From: Candidatus Zixiibacteriota bacterium
GTDB lineage: Bacteria > Zixibacteria > MSB-5A5 > UM-FILTER-46-8
Direction: 5' to 3'
Length of the DNA stretch: 64,000 nucleotides
NCBI GenBank assembly: GCA_014730345.1
Contig: WJIJ01000019.1
Span: 10,809 to 74,808 of the forward strand
In this document: positions 1 to 10,490 of the stretch, piece by piece
How the letters are laid out: each line of letters starts with the position of its first letter
Numbering within the stretch: position 1 is the first letter of the stretch
Made by a program: the position numbers and the translations under genes
Notes under the pieces: generated by a model
What the model was told of the DNA's origin: nothing
Database searches by the model: none
Seen by the model: only the letters and a program-made list of their open reading frames with translations

Positions 1-477
1 ATTATGTTCGCGCCGACGACGCTGACTTCGTTTTTCCCTGATTCGGACTTTATGCAGACTGTTGCCGGGCTCATGGCTCCGACCAGCCTCGTTTATAATA
101 TAATTTTCGGGTTGATGATTGTGTTCTTCGCCTATTTCTATACGGCTATCGTATTCAATCCGGTTGATCTTGCTGATAACATGAAAAAGCAGGGCGGTTT
201 TATTCCGGGTATAAGACCGGGTAAGAAGACCGCCGAGTACATAGACAGGGTATTAACCAGAATAACTCTTCCGGGTGCGATATTCTTCGCGTTGATCGCG
301 ATTTTGCCGAATATAATGTCCAGCGCTTTCAATGTAACTTTCTACTTCGGCGGTACGGGTATGCTGATCGTAGTTGGTGTTGCTTTGGATACCCTTCAGC
401 AAATTGAATCGCACCTGATAATGCGTCATTATGACGGGTTCATAAAGAAGGGACGCATGAGGGGAAGATACGCGTAG
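1..477 (+). CDS. secY: Preprotein translocase SecY, C-terminal fragment (N-terminus lies upstream of the window)
   Basis: Multi-TM C-terminal SecY-like sequence ([14 protein letters not shown]...[23 protein letters not shown]). Position immediately upstream of adk-map-infA matches the conserved spc operon order. The ORF is open to the window edge. Confidence 0.88.
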   Translation: MMFAPTTLTSFFPDSDFMQTVAGLMAPTSLVYNIIFGLMIVFFAYFYTAIVFNPVDLADNMKKQGGFIPGIRPGKKTAEYIDRVLTRITLPGAIFFALIAILPNIMSSAFNVTFYFGGTGMLIVVGVALDTLQQIESHLIMRHYDGFIKKGRMRGRYA

Positions 478-495
478 TAAACTGGAGATAAAGTA

Positions 496-1140
496 ATGAG
501 ATTGATTTTCTTAGGGCCTCCGGGATCCGGAAAAGGCACCCAGGCTAAAATTATAGCGTCGAAATCGTCCGCGAAGCATATTTCCACGGGCGATATCCTC
601 CGTGAAGCGGTCGCCGCCGGAACAGACCTGGGTATGAAAGCCAAAAAGTTTATGGATGCCGGGGAACTTGTACCGGACGAAGTATTGTTAGGTCTGGTGC
701 AGGACGTGCTTTCGGATAAACAAACGGCTGAAGCTTTTATCCTTGATGGTTTCCCGAGAACTATTCCCCAGGCGGAGGGTCTGGAGGAAATTTTCAGTAA
801 GCTGGGTTTAAAGCTCGATTGGGCGGTTTTACTCGATGTTCCCGACCAGGCGATTGTCGACAGGCTTACGGCCAGGATTTTCTGCGCCGATTGCAAAGCC
901 GACTATAATTTGAAGACCAAACCGCCGAAAGTTGAAGGCGTATGCGATGTTTGCGGGAGCACAAGGCTTATTCAGCGGGATGACGATAAAAAAGAAGTTA
1001 TCGAAAACCGTTTGAAAGTTTATCACGAAACTACGGAACCTATTGTAGAGTTTTACGATAAGAATAGTGTGCTAAAAAGAATTCCCGGTGACCGGGGATT
1101 TGATGAGATAACTGAAGATATTTTGAAAGCCGTTTCCTGA
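496..1140 (+). CDS. adk: Adenylate kinase, long form with Cys4 zinc LID (CADCK...CDVCGS)
   Basis: P-loop GPPGSGKGTQA at the N-terminus. NMP-binding and LID regions are present. Four cysteines in CxxC...CxxC arrangement sit in the LID. Genomic context is secY-adk-map. Confidence 0.95.
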   Translation: MRLIFLGPPGSGKGTQAKIIASKSSAKHISTGDILREAVAAGTDLGMKAKKFMDAGELVPDEVLLGLVQDVLSDKQTAEAFILDGFPRTIPQAEGLEEIFSKLGLKLDWAVLLDVPDQAIVDRLTARIFCADCKADYNLKTKPPKVEGVCDVCGSTRLIQRDDDKKEVIENRLKVYHETTEPIVEFYDKNSVLKRIPGDRGFDEITEDILKAVS

Positions 1141-1147
1141 TGAACGG

Positions 1148-1897
1148 ATGATTACTATTAAGAACGCCGAGGAAATTGAGTTGATGTCGGCGGCAGGCAA
1201 AATTGTCGCCGGTTGTTTTAGAGAAATTGAAAAGGTAATAGCACCCGGAATAAAAACCAAGCAACTCGATAAACTTTGCGATGAATACATCAGGGATAAC
1301 AAAGCGGTTCCGGCTTTCAAAGGATACAACGGGTATCCGGCTAATGTTTGTATTTCCATAAATGAAGTGGTAGTACACGGGATACCTGGAGAACGGGAAA
1401 TACAGGAATCGGACCTGGTTTCCATTGACATAGGCGCGTACAAGGATAAATATTACGGAGATTCTTCCGTAAGTTTCCTGGTGCCGCCTGAGGATAAAGA
1501 GAAGAAAAAACTTCTGGATACGACCCGAAAGGCTCTTGAGCTGGGAATCGACCAGGCGAGAGAGGGTAATCATTTGACCGATATCTCTTTTGCCATTCAG
1601 GATTACGCGGAGTCTTACGGTTATTCAGTGGTTAGAGACCTTGTGGGTCATGGCATAGGCACGAAATTGCACGAAGAGCCCCAGATCCCGAATTTCGGCA
1701 AGCCCGGTCGGGGTCCGGTTCTGAAGGCGGGCATGACCTTCGCGATTGAGCCTATGGTAAATATTGGGACCTGGAAGGTGGAAACGCTCAAAGACGAATG
1801 GACGATAGTTACCCAGGACAGGAAAGCATCGGCGCATTTTGAGCATACGATAGCGATAACCAATAATGGTCCGAGAATTTTAACGAAATTAGATTGA
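1148..1897 (+). CDS. map: Methionine aminopeptidase type I
   Basis: 249 aa. MAP-1 pita-bread fold motifs are present ([36 protein letters not shown]). Conserved position after adk. Confidence 0.95.
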   Translation: MITIKNAEEIELMSAAGKIVAGCFREIEKVIAPGIKTKQLDKLCDEYIRDNKAVPAFKGYNGYPANVCISINEVVVHGIPGEREIQESDLVSIDIGAYKDKYYGDSSVSFLVPPEDKEKKKLLDTTRKALELGIDQAREGNHLTDISFAIQDYAESYGYSVVRDLVGHGIGTKLHEEPQIPNFGKPGRGPVLKAGMTFAIEPMVNIGTWKVETLKDEWTIVTQDRKASAHFEHTIAITNNGPRILTKLD

Positions 1898-1901
1898 ATC
1901 C

Positions 1902-2120
1902 ATGGCTAAAGAAGAAGCGATAACAGTAGACGGCAAAGTGCTTGAACCATTGCCAAACGCGATGTTCAAAGTCGAACTCGATAATGGACATCAGGTATTG
2001 GCTCATATCTCCGGTAAGATGCGTATGAATTTCATCAAGATTCTGCCTGGAGACCGGGTAACTCTCGAGTTGTCGCCGTATGATTTAAGCCGGGGACGTA
2101 TCGTTTATAGATATAAATAA
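1902..2120 (+). CDS. infA: Translation initiation factor IF-1
   Basis: 72 aa S1-like protein ([31 protein letters not shown]). Conserved position between map and rpmJ. Confidence 0.95.
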   Translation: MAKEEAITVDGKVLEPLPNAMFKVELDNGHQVLAHISGKMRMNFIKILPGDRVTLELSPYDLSRGRIVYRYK

Positions 2121-2141
2121 TTAAGACGCTGAGGTTATATA

Positions 2142-2255
2142 ATGAAAGTTCGGTCATCTGTAAAAAAACGCTGTGACAAATGCAAAATAATCCGGCGTAG
2201 AGGTGTAGTCAGGATTATCTGTGTTAATCCGAAGCACAAACAGAAACAAGGTTAA
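2142..2255 (+). CDS. rpmJ: 50S ribosomal protein L36
   Basis: 37-aa [40 protein letters not shown] with a CxxC...C...H zinc-ribbon pattern. It lies between infA and rpsM and is absent from the ORF track because of its size. Confidence 0.88.
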   Translation: MKVRSSVKKRCDKCKIIRRRGVVRIICVNPKHKQKQG

Positions 2256-2278
2256 AGAATCGGATTTAGGAGGATAAT

Positions 2279-2647
2279 TTGGCACGTATAGCTGGCGTTG
2301 ACCTGCCCAAAAATAAAAGAATTGAAGTCGGTTTGACCTATATCTATGGTATCGGTGATCATTACGCCCGGAAGATATTGAAGGAAACCGGAGTGGATCC
2401 CGATACCCGTGTGCATAGCTTGACAGAGGACGATGTTGCCAAGATTAGAAACGCCATCGATAATGATTACAAGGTCGAGGGCGAGCTTCGCACCGAGATA
2501 GCTATGAATATCAAAAGATTGATTGATATAGGTTCTTACCGCGGATTAAGACACCGCAGAGGACTTCCCGTGCGCGGCCAGAATACGAAGAACAATGCCC
2601 GTACGAGAAAAGGCCCCGGTAAAGCGGTAGGTAAAAGCAAGAAATAA
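2279..2647 (+). CDS. rpsM: 30S ribosomal protein S13
   Basis: [10 protein letters not shown]... N-terminus, 122 aa, basic C-terminal tail. Conserved operon position. RBS AGGAGG upstream. Confidence 0.95.
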   Translation: MARIAGVDLPKNKRIEVGLTYIYGIGDHYARKILKETGVDPDTRVHSLTEDDVAKIRNAIDNDYKVEGELRTEIAMNIKRLIDIGSYRGLRHRRGLPVRGQNTKNNARTRKGPGKAVGKSKK

Positions 2648-2671
2648 TATCTTTCTTAGATAGGAGGAAAG

Positions 2672-3064
2672 TTGGCTGACCCCAAGAGGAAAAGGACCAG
2701 GAAAAAAGCTAAAAGAGTAGACGAGATGGGAATCGCCCATATCAAAGCTACTTTTAATAACACTATTGTATCCCTCTCGGATTCGAAGGGAAACGTAATT
2801 TCATGGGCGTCGGCAGGCAGGTCCGGTTACAAGGGATCGAAGAAGTCGACACCGTTTGCCGCTCAGCTTGCTGCTGAATCAGCGGCCAAGGAAGCGTTGG
2901 AAATGGGACTGCGCAAGATTGAAGTACAGGTCAAGGGCCCCGGTTCGGGGCGTGAAGCGGCCATCCGCTCACTCCAGGCCGCTGGACTGGAGATAGTTTC
3001 AATCCGTGATGTAACCCCGATTCCTCACAATGGTTGTCGCCCTCCTAAACGCAGAAGGATTTAG
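2672..3064 (+). CDS. rpsK: 30S ribosomal protein S11 (probable TTG start)
   Basis: [18 protein letters not shown] matches the S11 signature. AGGAGG sits just upstream of the TTG at 2672. Conserved position. Confidence 0.93.
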   Translation: MADPKRKRTRKKAKRVDEMGIAHIKATFNNTIVSLSDSKGNVISWASAGRSGYKGSKKSTPFAAQLAAESAAKEALEMGLRKIEVQVKGPGSGREAAIRSLQAAGLEIVSIRDVTPIPHNGCRPPKRRRI

Positions 3065-3093
3065 TTCGAAATGCATTTTAACGGAGTTAATTA

Positions 3094-3723
3094 ATGGCCA
3101 GATATGTAGATGCTAATTGTAAATTATGTCGGAGAGAGGGACAGAAGCTGTTCTTGAAGGGCTCTCGATGCTATACTGATAAATGCGCTTTTGAAAAGAG
3201 ACCTTATCCTCCCGGACAGCACGGCCAGCGCATGCGCCGTAAAGTTTCCGAGTATGGTTTGCAGTTGAGGGAAAAGCAGAAAGTGCGCCGTATGTATGGG
3301 ATTCTCGAAAAACAGTTCCGTAATTATTTCACCAAGGCCGCGAAGGCAAAGGGCATAACCGGTGAAAACCTGCTGGCTATGCTTGAGTGCCGCCTGGATA
3401 ATTTCGTATACCGGCTGGGATTCGCCCCCTCAAGAAAGTCTGCTCGCCAGCTTGTTCTGCACAGGCATTTTATGGTGAATGGAAGAACTGTTAATATCCC
3501 TTCCTACCAGGTAAAACCGAAAGACATAGTCAAGGTTCGTGAAAAAAGCAGTAACCTTGATATTATACATGAAGCTTTAAAATCCTCGGGAAGAGGTACC
3601 GATTTAGCATGGTTGAGACTTGACAAGGCTAAATTGGAAGGCGAGCTTCTGGAGATACCGCGCAGGGATGACATTCCTGTCAATGTTCAGGAGCAGTTGA
3701 TAGTGGAGCTATATTCTAAGTAA
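3094..3723 (+). CDS. rpsD: 30S ribosomal protein S4
   Basis: MARY...KLCRREG... N-terminal zinc-ribbon-like region, S4 domain, 209 aa. Conserved position before rpoA. Confidence 0.95.
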   Translation: MARYVDANCKLCRREGQKLFLKGSRCYTDKCAFEKRPYPPGQHGQRMRRKVSEYGLQLREKQKVRRMYGILEKQFRNYFTKAAKAKGITGENLLAMLECRLDNFVYRLGFAPSRKSARQLVLHRHFMVNGRTVNIPSYQVKPKDIVKVREKSSNLDIIHEALKSSGRGTDLAWLRLDKAKLEGELLEIPRRDDIPVNVQEQLIVELYSK

Positions 3724-3747
3724 TTTTATCCGGAGGGTTGTTAGGCA

Positions 3748-4743
3748 ATGAAGTGGAAAAGCCTGCAAATGCCACAAGAATTAGAGTATGATCAGGACAC
3801 GGCAACTGATTATTTTACCAGGTTTCATATCCAACCCCTCGAAAGAGGTTTTGGTTTAACGCTGGGTAATTCACTGCGTCGTGTTTTACTTTCATCGATT
3901 CAAGGAGCGGCAGTAACCGCCGTTAAAGTAGACGGCGCCAAACATGAATTCTCTACAATCCCCGGCGTTTTAGAAGACGTTACCCAGATTGTACTGAACA
4001 TTAAGCAGATCAGGTTGAAACTGCATGGTGATCCCCCCAAGAAAATGACCCTTGATGTTTCAGGGGCCGGTGATTACACCGCCGGAGACCTTCAACTTGA
4101 TACCGAGATGGAACTGCTCAACCCGGACCTTCATATCGTGAAGCTTACCGAGGACGTTGATTTCAGGATAGAGATGTTCGTAGGTTCGGGAAGAGGTTAT
4201 GAGCCAGCTGAGGCGCATAACAAAAACTCCGAGATTCAGGTCATGGATGTGATACCTGTGGATTCCTTATTCTCCCCGGTTACCAAGGTCAACTATCGGG
4301 TCGAAAACACACGTGTCGGTCAAAAGACCGACTATGATCATTTGATTATGGATGTATGGACTGATGGGAGCATAAAACCTGAAGAAGCGCTCGCGTTTTC
4401 GGCGAAACTTCTCCAGGATCACCTGAAGGTCTTTATGCATAAAGATGAAGAACTGCCGATGGCCGAAGAGGAAGTAGTCGACGAAGAAACTATCCGTATC
4501 CGCAACCTGCTCAAGATGCGCGTTGACGAGTTGGAACTTTCGGTCCGCTCTTCAAACTGCCTGCGGGCGGCTAATATCGTAACTATCGGGGAATTGGTTC
4601 AAAAAACCGAGAGTGATATGCTTAAGTACCGGAATTTCGGAAGAAAATCACTTACCGAATTGAACGCCATCTTATCTGAGATGGGATTATCATTCGGTAT
4701 GGATGTCAGCAAATATCTTGAGGAACCGGCCAATGCCGAGTAA
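3748..4743 (+). CDS. rpoA: DNA-directed RNA polymerase alpha subunit
   Basis: 331 aa. The N-terminal dimerisation domain and C-terminal alpha-CTD (RSSNCLRAANIVTIGELV) are recognisable. Lies between rpsD and rplQ. Confidence 0.95.
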   Translation: MKWKSLQMPQELEYDQDTATDYFTRFHIQPLERGFGLTLGNSLRRVLLSSIQGAAVTAVKVDGAKHEFSTIPGVLEDVTQIVLNIKQIRLKLHGDPPKKMTLDVSGAGDYTAGDLQLDTEMELLNPDLHIVKLTEDVDFRIEMFVGSGRGYEPAEAHNKNSEIQVMDVIPVDSLFSPVTKVNYRVENTRVGQKTDYDHLIMDVWTDGSIKPEEALAFSAKLLQDHLKVFMHKDEELPMAEEEVVDEETIRIRNLLKMRVDELELSVRSSNCLRAANIVTIGELVQKTESDMLKYRNFGRKSLTELNAILSEMGLSFGMDVSKYLEEPANAE

Positions 4744-4773
4744 TTTATATTGAATCTATGAAGGCGATTACTG

Positions 4774-5178
4774 ATGAGACACGCAAAAACTACACATAAA
4801 CTGGGAGTTAAAACCAACCATCGGGTCGCGATGTTGCGCAATATGGTAACTTCCCTGTTTCAGCATGGCAGGATTACCACGACCCATGCTCGCGCGCAGG
4901 CGTTGAAACCGCTTGCTGAGAAATTGGTAACCCTGGCCAAAACAGATACTGTGCATTCCCGGAGAATAGCCGCGGAGACAATTCAAAACCGTGAAGTTCT
5001 CCAGAAGCTGTTCAACACTATCGCTCCGGAGATGAGCGATCGTAATGGCGGTTATACCCGTGTAATGAAAAAGGGCTTTCGCAAAGGAGACAACGCTGAA
5101 CTTTCGATAGTTGAGCTGGTGAATTATAAGCCGGAAGAGCGCGAAGCCAAAGATGAGGATAAAAAGAAGAAGAAATAA
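4774..5178 (+). CDS. rplQ: 50S ribosomal protein L17
   Basis: MRHAKTTHKLGVKTNHR... L17 N-terminus. Last gene of the alpha operon. Lys/Glu-rich tail. Confidence 0.95.
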   Translation: MRHAKTTHKLGVKTNHRVAMLRNMVTSLFQHGRITTTHARAQALKPLAEKLVTLAKTDTVHSRRIAAETIQNREVLQKLFNTIAPEMSDRNGGYTRVMKKGFRKGDNAELSIVELVNYKPEEREAKDEDKKKKK

Positions 5179-5224
5179 CCGGACGTTAACGGACCGGTTT
5201 TATCTTTAAATATTTTTCTGCGCC

Positions 5225-5247
5225 GCCGCCAAAGGCGGCTTTCTTTC
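5225..5247 (+). terminator. Putative intrinsic terminator closing the ribosomal alpha operon
   Basis: GC stem GCCGCC-aaa-GGCGGC followed by TTTCTTTC. Lies directly after the rplQ stop and before deoB. Confidence 0.45.
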
Positions 5248-5250
5248 TAA

Positions 5251-6426
5251 ATGTTTAAACGTACTTTTTTAATAGTTTTAGATGCCTGCGGAGTGGGCGA
5301 GCTTCCCGATGCCGATTTATATGGCGATGAAGGAAGCGACACTCTTGGCAATACCGCTCTTCTTGTTGGGGGATTAAATTTGCCGAATTTGGCCAGACTT
5401 GGGCTGGGGAAGATTCATGATATTAAGGGAGTTTCAGCTGATGTAAATCCTATCGGGTGTTTTGGAAAAATGGCCGAACTATCCCCCGGCAAAGATTCCA
5501 CTACCGGGCACTGGGAGCTTATGGGATTGGTGCTGGAAAAACCCTTTCCGGTTTATCCCGATGGTTTTCCCCCTGATATTATTCAGAAATTTACAGCTTT
5601 AACCGGTTATGGCGTCCTTGGCAATAAACCCGCCTCCGGCACTGATATTATCAAGGAGCTTGGCGAGGAGCATATCCGTACGGGAAAATTGATAGTATAT
5701 ACCTCCGCCGATTCGGTTTTCCAGATAGCCGCCCATGAGGAAGTGGTCCCGGTTGATAAGCTTTACCAAGTTTGCCAGGCCGCCCGGGATATGTTAAGGG
5801 GGGAACATGGAGTTGGCAGGGTTATTGCCCGTCCGTTTATCGGCTCCGAGGGATCCTTTATCAGAACTTCCAACCGCCATGACTTTTCACTAAAACCGCC
5901 TTCCCGGACAGTTCTTGATTACCTTTATGAACGGGATCTGCCGGTTATCGCTATCGGCAAGATTAAAGACCTGTTCGCCGGAGAGGGAATCAGCGAACAT
6001 ATAAAGGCCGCCAATAACGATGAGGTTATGGAAGCTATCGCTAAGTCCATGGACACATACGACAATGGCTTTATCTTTTCCAATTTGGTTGATTTCGATA
6101 TGCTCTGGGGTCATCGCAACAATTATGAAGCATTCGCTGAAGGATTGGAAGAATTCGATAAGTTCCTGCCCAAGGTACTCGGAAAATTGCGCGACGAAGA
6201 TTTGTTGATCATTACCGCCGATCATGGTTGCGACCCCACCACGACCTCTACCGATCATTCCCGGGAATATGTGCCCCTTATCGTATACGGCAAATCCATA
6301 AGGCAGGGATGTAAACTGGGTGTCAGGAAAACGTTTTCCGATGTAGGGGCAACTATCTCCGATATCTTTTCCGCCGAACGCCCGACATGGGGGAGAAGCT
6401 TTTTCGATGATATCAAACGAACATAG
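5251..6426 (+). CDS. deoB: Phosphopentomutase
   Basis: 391 aa. N-terminal LDACGVGELPDA...GSDT metal-binding motif and overall alkaline-phosphatase-superfamily pattern typical of DeoB. Confidence 0.9.
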   Translation: MFKRTFLIVLDACGVGELPDADLYGDEGSDTLGNTALLVGGLNLPNLARLGLGKIHDIKGVSADVNPIGCFGKMAELSPGKDSTTGHWELMGLVLEKPFPVYPDGFPPDIIQKFTALTGYGVLGNKPASGTDIIKELGEEHIRTGKLIVYTSADSVFQIAAHEEVVPVDKLYQVCQAARDMLRGEHGVGRVIARPFIGSEGSFIRTSNRHDFSLKPPSRTVLDYLYERDLPVIAIGKIKDLFAGEGISEHIKAANNDEVMEAIAKSMDTYDNGFIFSNLVDFDMLWGHRNNYEAFAEGLEEFDKFLPKVLGKLRDEDLLIITADHGCDPTTTSTDHSREYVPLIVYGKSIRQGCKLGVRKTFSDVGATISDIFSAERPTWGRSFFDDIKRT

Positions 6427-6808
6427 AGAACTTATTTCTGCGGCGAGGGAAGCGCTGGAAAATGCCTACGCCCCATACTCTAACTTTCGTGTCGGGGCGG
6501 CGCTGCTCGGCGGCAATGGGCTAATCTACTCCGGGTGCAATGTTGAAAACGCGTCCTATGGATTAACGATTTGTGCCGAAAGAAACGCCATATTCAAAAT
6601 GATATCCGATGGGGAAAGAGAGATAAAAGCGATCGCGGTTGTTGTAGAAGGGAATCGCGTGGTTACCCCGTGTGGGGCATGCAGACAGGTTATTCGCGAA
6701 TTCGCCAGGGATGACTGCCCGGTTATCTGCTTATCTTCTGGTGCGAGAGAGGATTATCAATTTATTGAGCTTTTACCGCGGAGCTTCTCCGAAGTTGATT
6801 TGAAATAG
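6407..6808 (+). CDS. cdd: Cytidine deaminase (homotetrameric type)
   Basis: 133 aa. Zinc-binding CAERNA ... PCGACRQ motifs. Overlaps deoB by 20 nt. Confidence 0.87.
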   Translation: MISNEHRELISAAREALENAYAPYSNFRVGAALLGGNGLIYSGCNVENASYGLTICAERNAIFKMISDGEREIKAIAVVVEGNRVVTPCGACRQVIREFARDDCPVICLSSGAREDYQFIELLPRSFSEVDLK

Positions 6809-6814
6809 GATATT

Positions 6815-8119
6815 ATGTCTTTTCAAAGAATGATAGCGAAAAAGAGGGATGGTCATTCATTATCCCGGGATGAAATCGAGAGTTTTATTAAGGATTATAC
6901 GAACGGGCGCATTCCCGATTACCAGGTCTCCGCGCTGTTGATGGCTGTTTACTTCCGGGGTATGAATATTGGGGAAACTCGGGCATTGACCGGCGCGATG
7001 ATGAACTCCGGAGATGTCCTCGACCTGTCCGCCATCGAGGGGATGAAAATAGATAAACACTCCACTGGCGGAGTAGGCGATAAATTGTCGCTTATGATAG
7101 CTCCAATGGCGGCGGCATGTGGATTGAAAGTACCCATGGTATCGGGCCGGGGATTGGGGCATACCGGCGGAACGCTCGATAAGCTGGAATCTATACCCGG
7201 TTATAAAACCGACCTTAGTGAAAAAAAATTTATAGATATCATTAATTCATGCGGAGCTTCCATTATAGGACAAACAGCCCAAATCGCTCCGGCGGATAAA
7301 AAAATTTATGCCTTGCGGGATGTTACCGCTACTGTTGAATCAATCCCCTTGATTACCGCGTCCATCCTTTCCAAGAAGCTCGCTTCCGGAACCGATGGGA
7401 TTGTATTCGATATAAAGTGCGGAAATGGGGCTTTCATGAAAACTATCTCCGATGCCCAGGAGCTGGCGCGGTCATTGGTGGAGACCGCCAGGGAATTCGG
7501 TAAACAATGCCGGGCGGTGATTACATCCATGGATCAACCGCTGGGTTTCGCGGCAGGTAATTCTCTCGAAGTTATCGAAGCTATTAAATATTTAAAGGGC
7601 AAAAGACCTGCCGATGCTGATGATGTGATTATAGCCCTCGGGTCGAATATGTTGATTATCGGGGGAGCGGCTGGCGATGATAAAGAGGCTCGAGGTAAAC
7701 TCGAGGAAAGTATTTCATCCGGCAGGGCTCTGGAAATTTTCGCGAAGATGGTTGAACTGCACGGCGGCGACGCCCATGTTATCGATGATTATTCCCTTTT
7801 ACCAATGGCTGATTCGGCTGGCGAGTTCAAAGCATCGTCTGATGGTTTCCTCGCTGAATTCGACACTATGGAAATCGGATTGTCCGCCAATATGTTAGGA
7901 GCGGGACGCAGTAAGGTCGAGGACAGCGTCGATCACGGAGTGGGATTTATATTCCGCAAGAAACTCGGGGATTATTTGAAAGAAGGCGATGTAATTGCCG
8001 AAGTTTACGCACGGAGCGAAGAATCGGCCAATAACGCCATTAGCGCTTTATCTAAAGCTATCACAATACAGCCCGAGGAATCTATTTTGGCCCCGCGCGT
8101 TATAAAAGTTATCTCCTGA
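6815..8119 (+). CDS. pdp: Pyrimidine-nucleoside (thymidine) phosphorylase
   Basis: 434 aa. Glycosyltransferase family 3 N-terminal helical domain (DYQVSALLMAVYFRGM) and HSTGGVGDK phosphate-binding motif. Clusters with deoB/cdd. Confidence 0.9.
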   Translation: MSFQRMIAKKRDGHSLSRDEIESFIKDYTNGRIPDYQVSALLMAVYFRGMNIGETRALTGAMMNSGDVLDLSAIEGMKIDKHSTGGVGDKLSLMIAPMAAACGLKVPMVSGRGLGHTGGTLDKLESIPGYKTDLSEKKFIDIINSCGASIIGQTAQIAPADKKIYALRDVTATVESIPLITASILSKKLASGTDGIVFDIKCGNGAFMKTISDAQELARSLVETAREFGKQCRAVITSMDQPLGFAAGNSLEVIEAIKYLKGKRPADADDVIIALGSNMLIIGGAAGDDKEARGKLEESISSGRALEIFAKMVELHGGDAHVIDDYSLLPMADSAGEFKASSDGFLAEFDTMEIGLSANMLGAGRSKVEDSVDHGVGFIFRKKLGDYLKEGDVIAEVYARSEESANNAISALSKAITIQPEESILAPRVIKVIS

Positions 8120-8124
8120 ATTTA

Positions 8125-10290
8125 TTAAAACCTTATCGGCCGGGAAGACTCTCTTTTCTCTTTTTCCTTTAAATCCCGTTGGCGTTTGGGGATATATTCA
8201 CCCTTGTGGTCGAGGGGACACTGGAGCTTGGGTTCCTCGCCAAACCGGAAAACTTCTTCGATAACTTTCGGACAGCGTTCATTGGGAATCAGGCCGCTTT
8301 CATGACAAACATCGACTTTGACGATTCCGGCTGGCATGCGGAAATTCTGGACCGGGACGGAATCAAGAACTGTTTTCATAAATTCGGTCCATACCGGTAG
8401 AGCCGTAGTCGAACCTGTTTCTCCCCGCTCTCCGATTTTGGTTTTATCATCGAAACCTACCCAACAACCTGTTGTAACCTGGGGCACAAACCCAATAAAC
8501 CAGTTATCGGTCCACATGTCGGTGGTGCCGGTTTTCCCTCCCGCCGGGCGCCTGAAACCCCTGATACGGGCGCCGATTCCGGTTCCATGGTCGACTACAG
8601 TTTGAAGCATGTGGGTCATTATATAAGCGGTCTGCGATGATAGCACTTCCTCCTGGTAACCTCTTTCACGTTCCTCCACTATATTGCCATAGCGGTCAAT
8701 TATTTTGGTAATGAAAAATGGTTTGGTGCGTATCCCCCCGTTGGGAAACGTGGAGTAGGCCGCCGTCAGCTCAAGAAGATTAACTTCCGAGGTCCCGATT
8801 GCCAGCGAGGGCACCGGATTTAGCGGGGATTCAATGCCCATCTGATGCGCATAGAAAACCGTCTGTTGGGGGGTAACCCGGGGCTCCATTATCAACTTAA
8901 TCGCGATTAGGTTTCGTGATGCCCTGAGGCCCTCGCGAAGAGTCATTGCTCCCCTGAATGTATGGTCAATATTGTGCGGCCGCCATTCCTCATCCTGGCC
9001 GATCGGTATGACTACCGGTGAATCATTTAGTTTGTATGTTGGGCTGAAACCGTTGTCAATAGCGGTAGTAAATACAAATGGCTTGAAAGCCGATCCCGGT
9101 TGGCGCTGAGCTTGTATTGCCCGGTTGAATTTGCTTTCGGAGAAATCCCTTCCTCCGACCATGGTCAAAATGCCGCCGGTTTTATTATCAATGCAAACCA
9201 ACGCGCCCTGTATTTGTTTATACTCCCGCAGGGTGTCGCCTTCTTCGGTTATCTCTACAGGTATCGTATAATCCTCATCGTCGGGAGGATGGTTAGCTTC
9301 AACATTCATTTGCAAAGTATCCAGCAGATCATGTAAAATTGCTTCTCCCGCTATCTGCTTATCGTAGTCGAGGGTGGTGTATACAGTATAACCAGAGTTA
9401 TACAGGGCATCAGCGCCGTACCTTTCCTCTATATAACGCCTGATCATTTCGGTAAAATACGCCCCTACATACGCGTTTTCCTCTTTTTCAACCACTCCGA
9501 TAAGTTCATGTTTTATGCTGTCAGCGGCCTCCGGCGCGAGAACCCCGTAATCTACCATAGAACTAAGGACAATGTTCCTGCGCATCAGCGCCCGTTCCTC
9601 ATTCCGGAACGGATTGTACCTGTTGGGAGCTTTAAGCAAGCCGACGAGGGTGGCCGCTTCCTTGATATCTAACTCATCAGTATCTTTATCAAAATAAAAC
9701 CTCGAAGCCGATTGGATACCGTAGGTGTAACTTCCAAAGGGGCTTTGGTTTAGATACATGGCGATTATTTCGTCCTTGGAATAGTTCCGCTCGAGTTTTA
9801 TAGCGGTCAACGCCTCTTTTATTTTCCTTGATAGTGTTTGTTCCGGGGTAAGAAATAGCCTGCGGGCCAATTGCTGGGTAATTGTAGAACCGCCCTGAAT
9901 ATGGTCACTGGTAAACATAATTACGTATAAAGCGCGCAGGACGCCGGTAATATCGACTCCCCAATGGTCATAAAAACGTCGGTCTTCTACTGCTAAAAGG
10001 GCGTTTTTTAAATGGGGCGGGATATCATCATACGATATTAAAATCCGGTGCTCCCGGTAGAATTTTTTCAATAAAGTGCTGTCTTTAGCGTAAACTCTTG
10101 TGATTAAGCTGGGTTCGATATTGTGAAGTTGTTCAAATGATGGCAAATCTTTGCTGTAGGTATTAAAAATTAGTAAAAATACCAAAAGCGCGCTAAGGGC
10201 CATCGCGGCGAAAACAATACCTATTTTAACTATATGCCGCTTAAAAAAGGCCCAGTAACCGTTAAAAAGAGAGAAAAAATTGCTACTCAT
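8125..10290 (-). CDS. mrcA: Class A penicillin-binding protein (bifunctional transglycosylase/transpeptidase, PBP1A-like)
   Basis: 721 aa. N-terminal TM anchor. GT51 motifs (EDRRFYDHWGVD, GGSTITQQLAR). Transpeptidase SxxK (SAFKPF), SxN and KTGTT motifs. Convergent with pdp with only a 5-nt gap. Confidence 0.9.
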   Translation of the reverse strand: MSSNFFSLFNGYWAFFKRHIVKIGIVFAAMALSALLVFLLIFNTYSKDLPSFEQLHNIEPSLITRVYAKDSTLLKKFYREHRILISYDDIPPHLKNALLAVEDRRFYDHWGVDITGVLRALYVIMFTSDHIQGGSTITQQLARRLFLTPEQTLSRKIKEALTAIKLERNYSKDEIIAMYLNQSPFGSYTYGIQSASRFYFDKDTDELDIKEAATLVGLLKAPNRYNPFRNEERALMRRNIVLSSMVDYGVLAPEAADSIKHELIGVVEKEENAYVGAYFTEMIRRYIEERYGADALYNSGYTVYTTLDYDKQIAGEAILHDLLDTLQMNVEANHPPDDEDYTIPVEITEEGDTLREYKQIQGALVCIDNKTGGILTMVGGRDFSESKFNRAIQAQRQPGSAFKPFVFTTAIDNGFSPTYKLNDSPVVIPIGQDEEWRPHNIDHTFRGAMTLREGLRASRNLIAIKLIMEPRVTPQQTVFYAHQMGIESPLNPVPSLAIGTSEVNLLELTAAYSTFPNGGIRTKPFFITKIIDRYGNIVEERERGYQEEVLSSQTAYIMTHMLQTVVDHGTGIGARIRGFRRPAGGKTGTTDMWTDNWFIGFVPQVTTGCWVGFDDKTKIGERGETGSTTALPVWTEFMKTVLDSVPVQNFRMPAGIVKVDVCHESGLIPNERCPKVIEEVFRFGEEPKLQCPLDHKGEYIPKRQRDLKEKEKRESSRPIRF

Positions 10291-10490
10291 ACTACAAATA
10301 TCGACCTAAATTCAAAAGCTGTCAAGGAGAATAAAAAAAACATCGAACCCTATAAATTGATATTATTTTAACAATGATATGTTCCATGCCGATATACTTC
10401 AGTGTATGCAAAATTATATTCCGGGATAAGACGGCTTAACAGATTTATCTTATTGGCTAATTATTTATTATCATTAATCGAAGGGAGCTA

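Noticed and set aside
8120-8124. Convergent pdp and PBP1A genes separated by only 5 nt with no terminator
   Set aside because: Noted as unusual, but stop-to-stop convergence with overlapping 3-prime UTRs is common in compact genomes. Nothing further can be inferred from the sequence alone.
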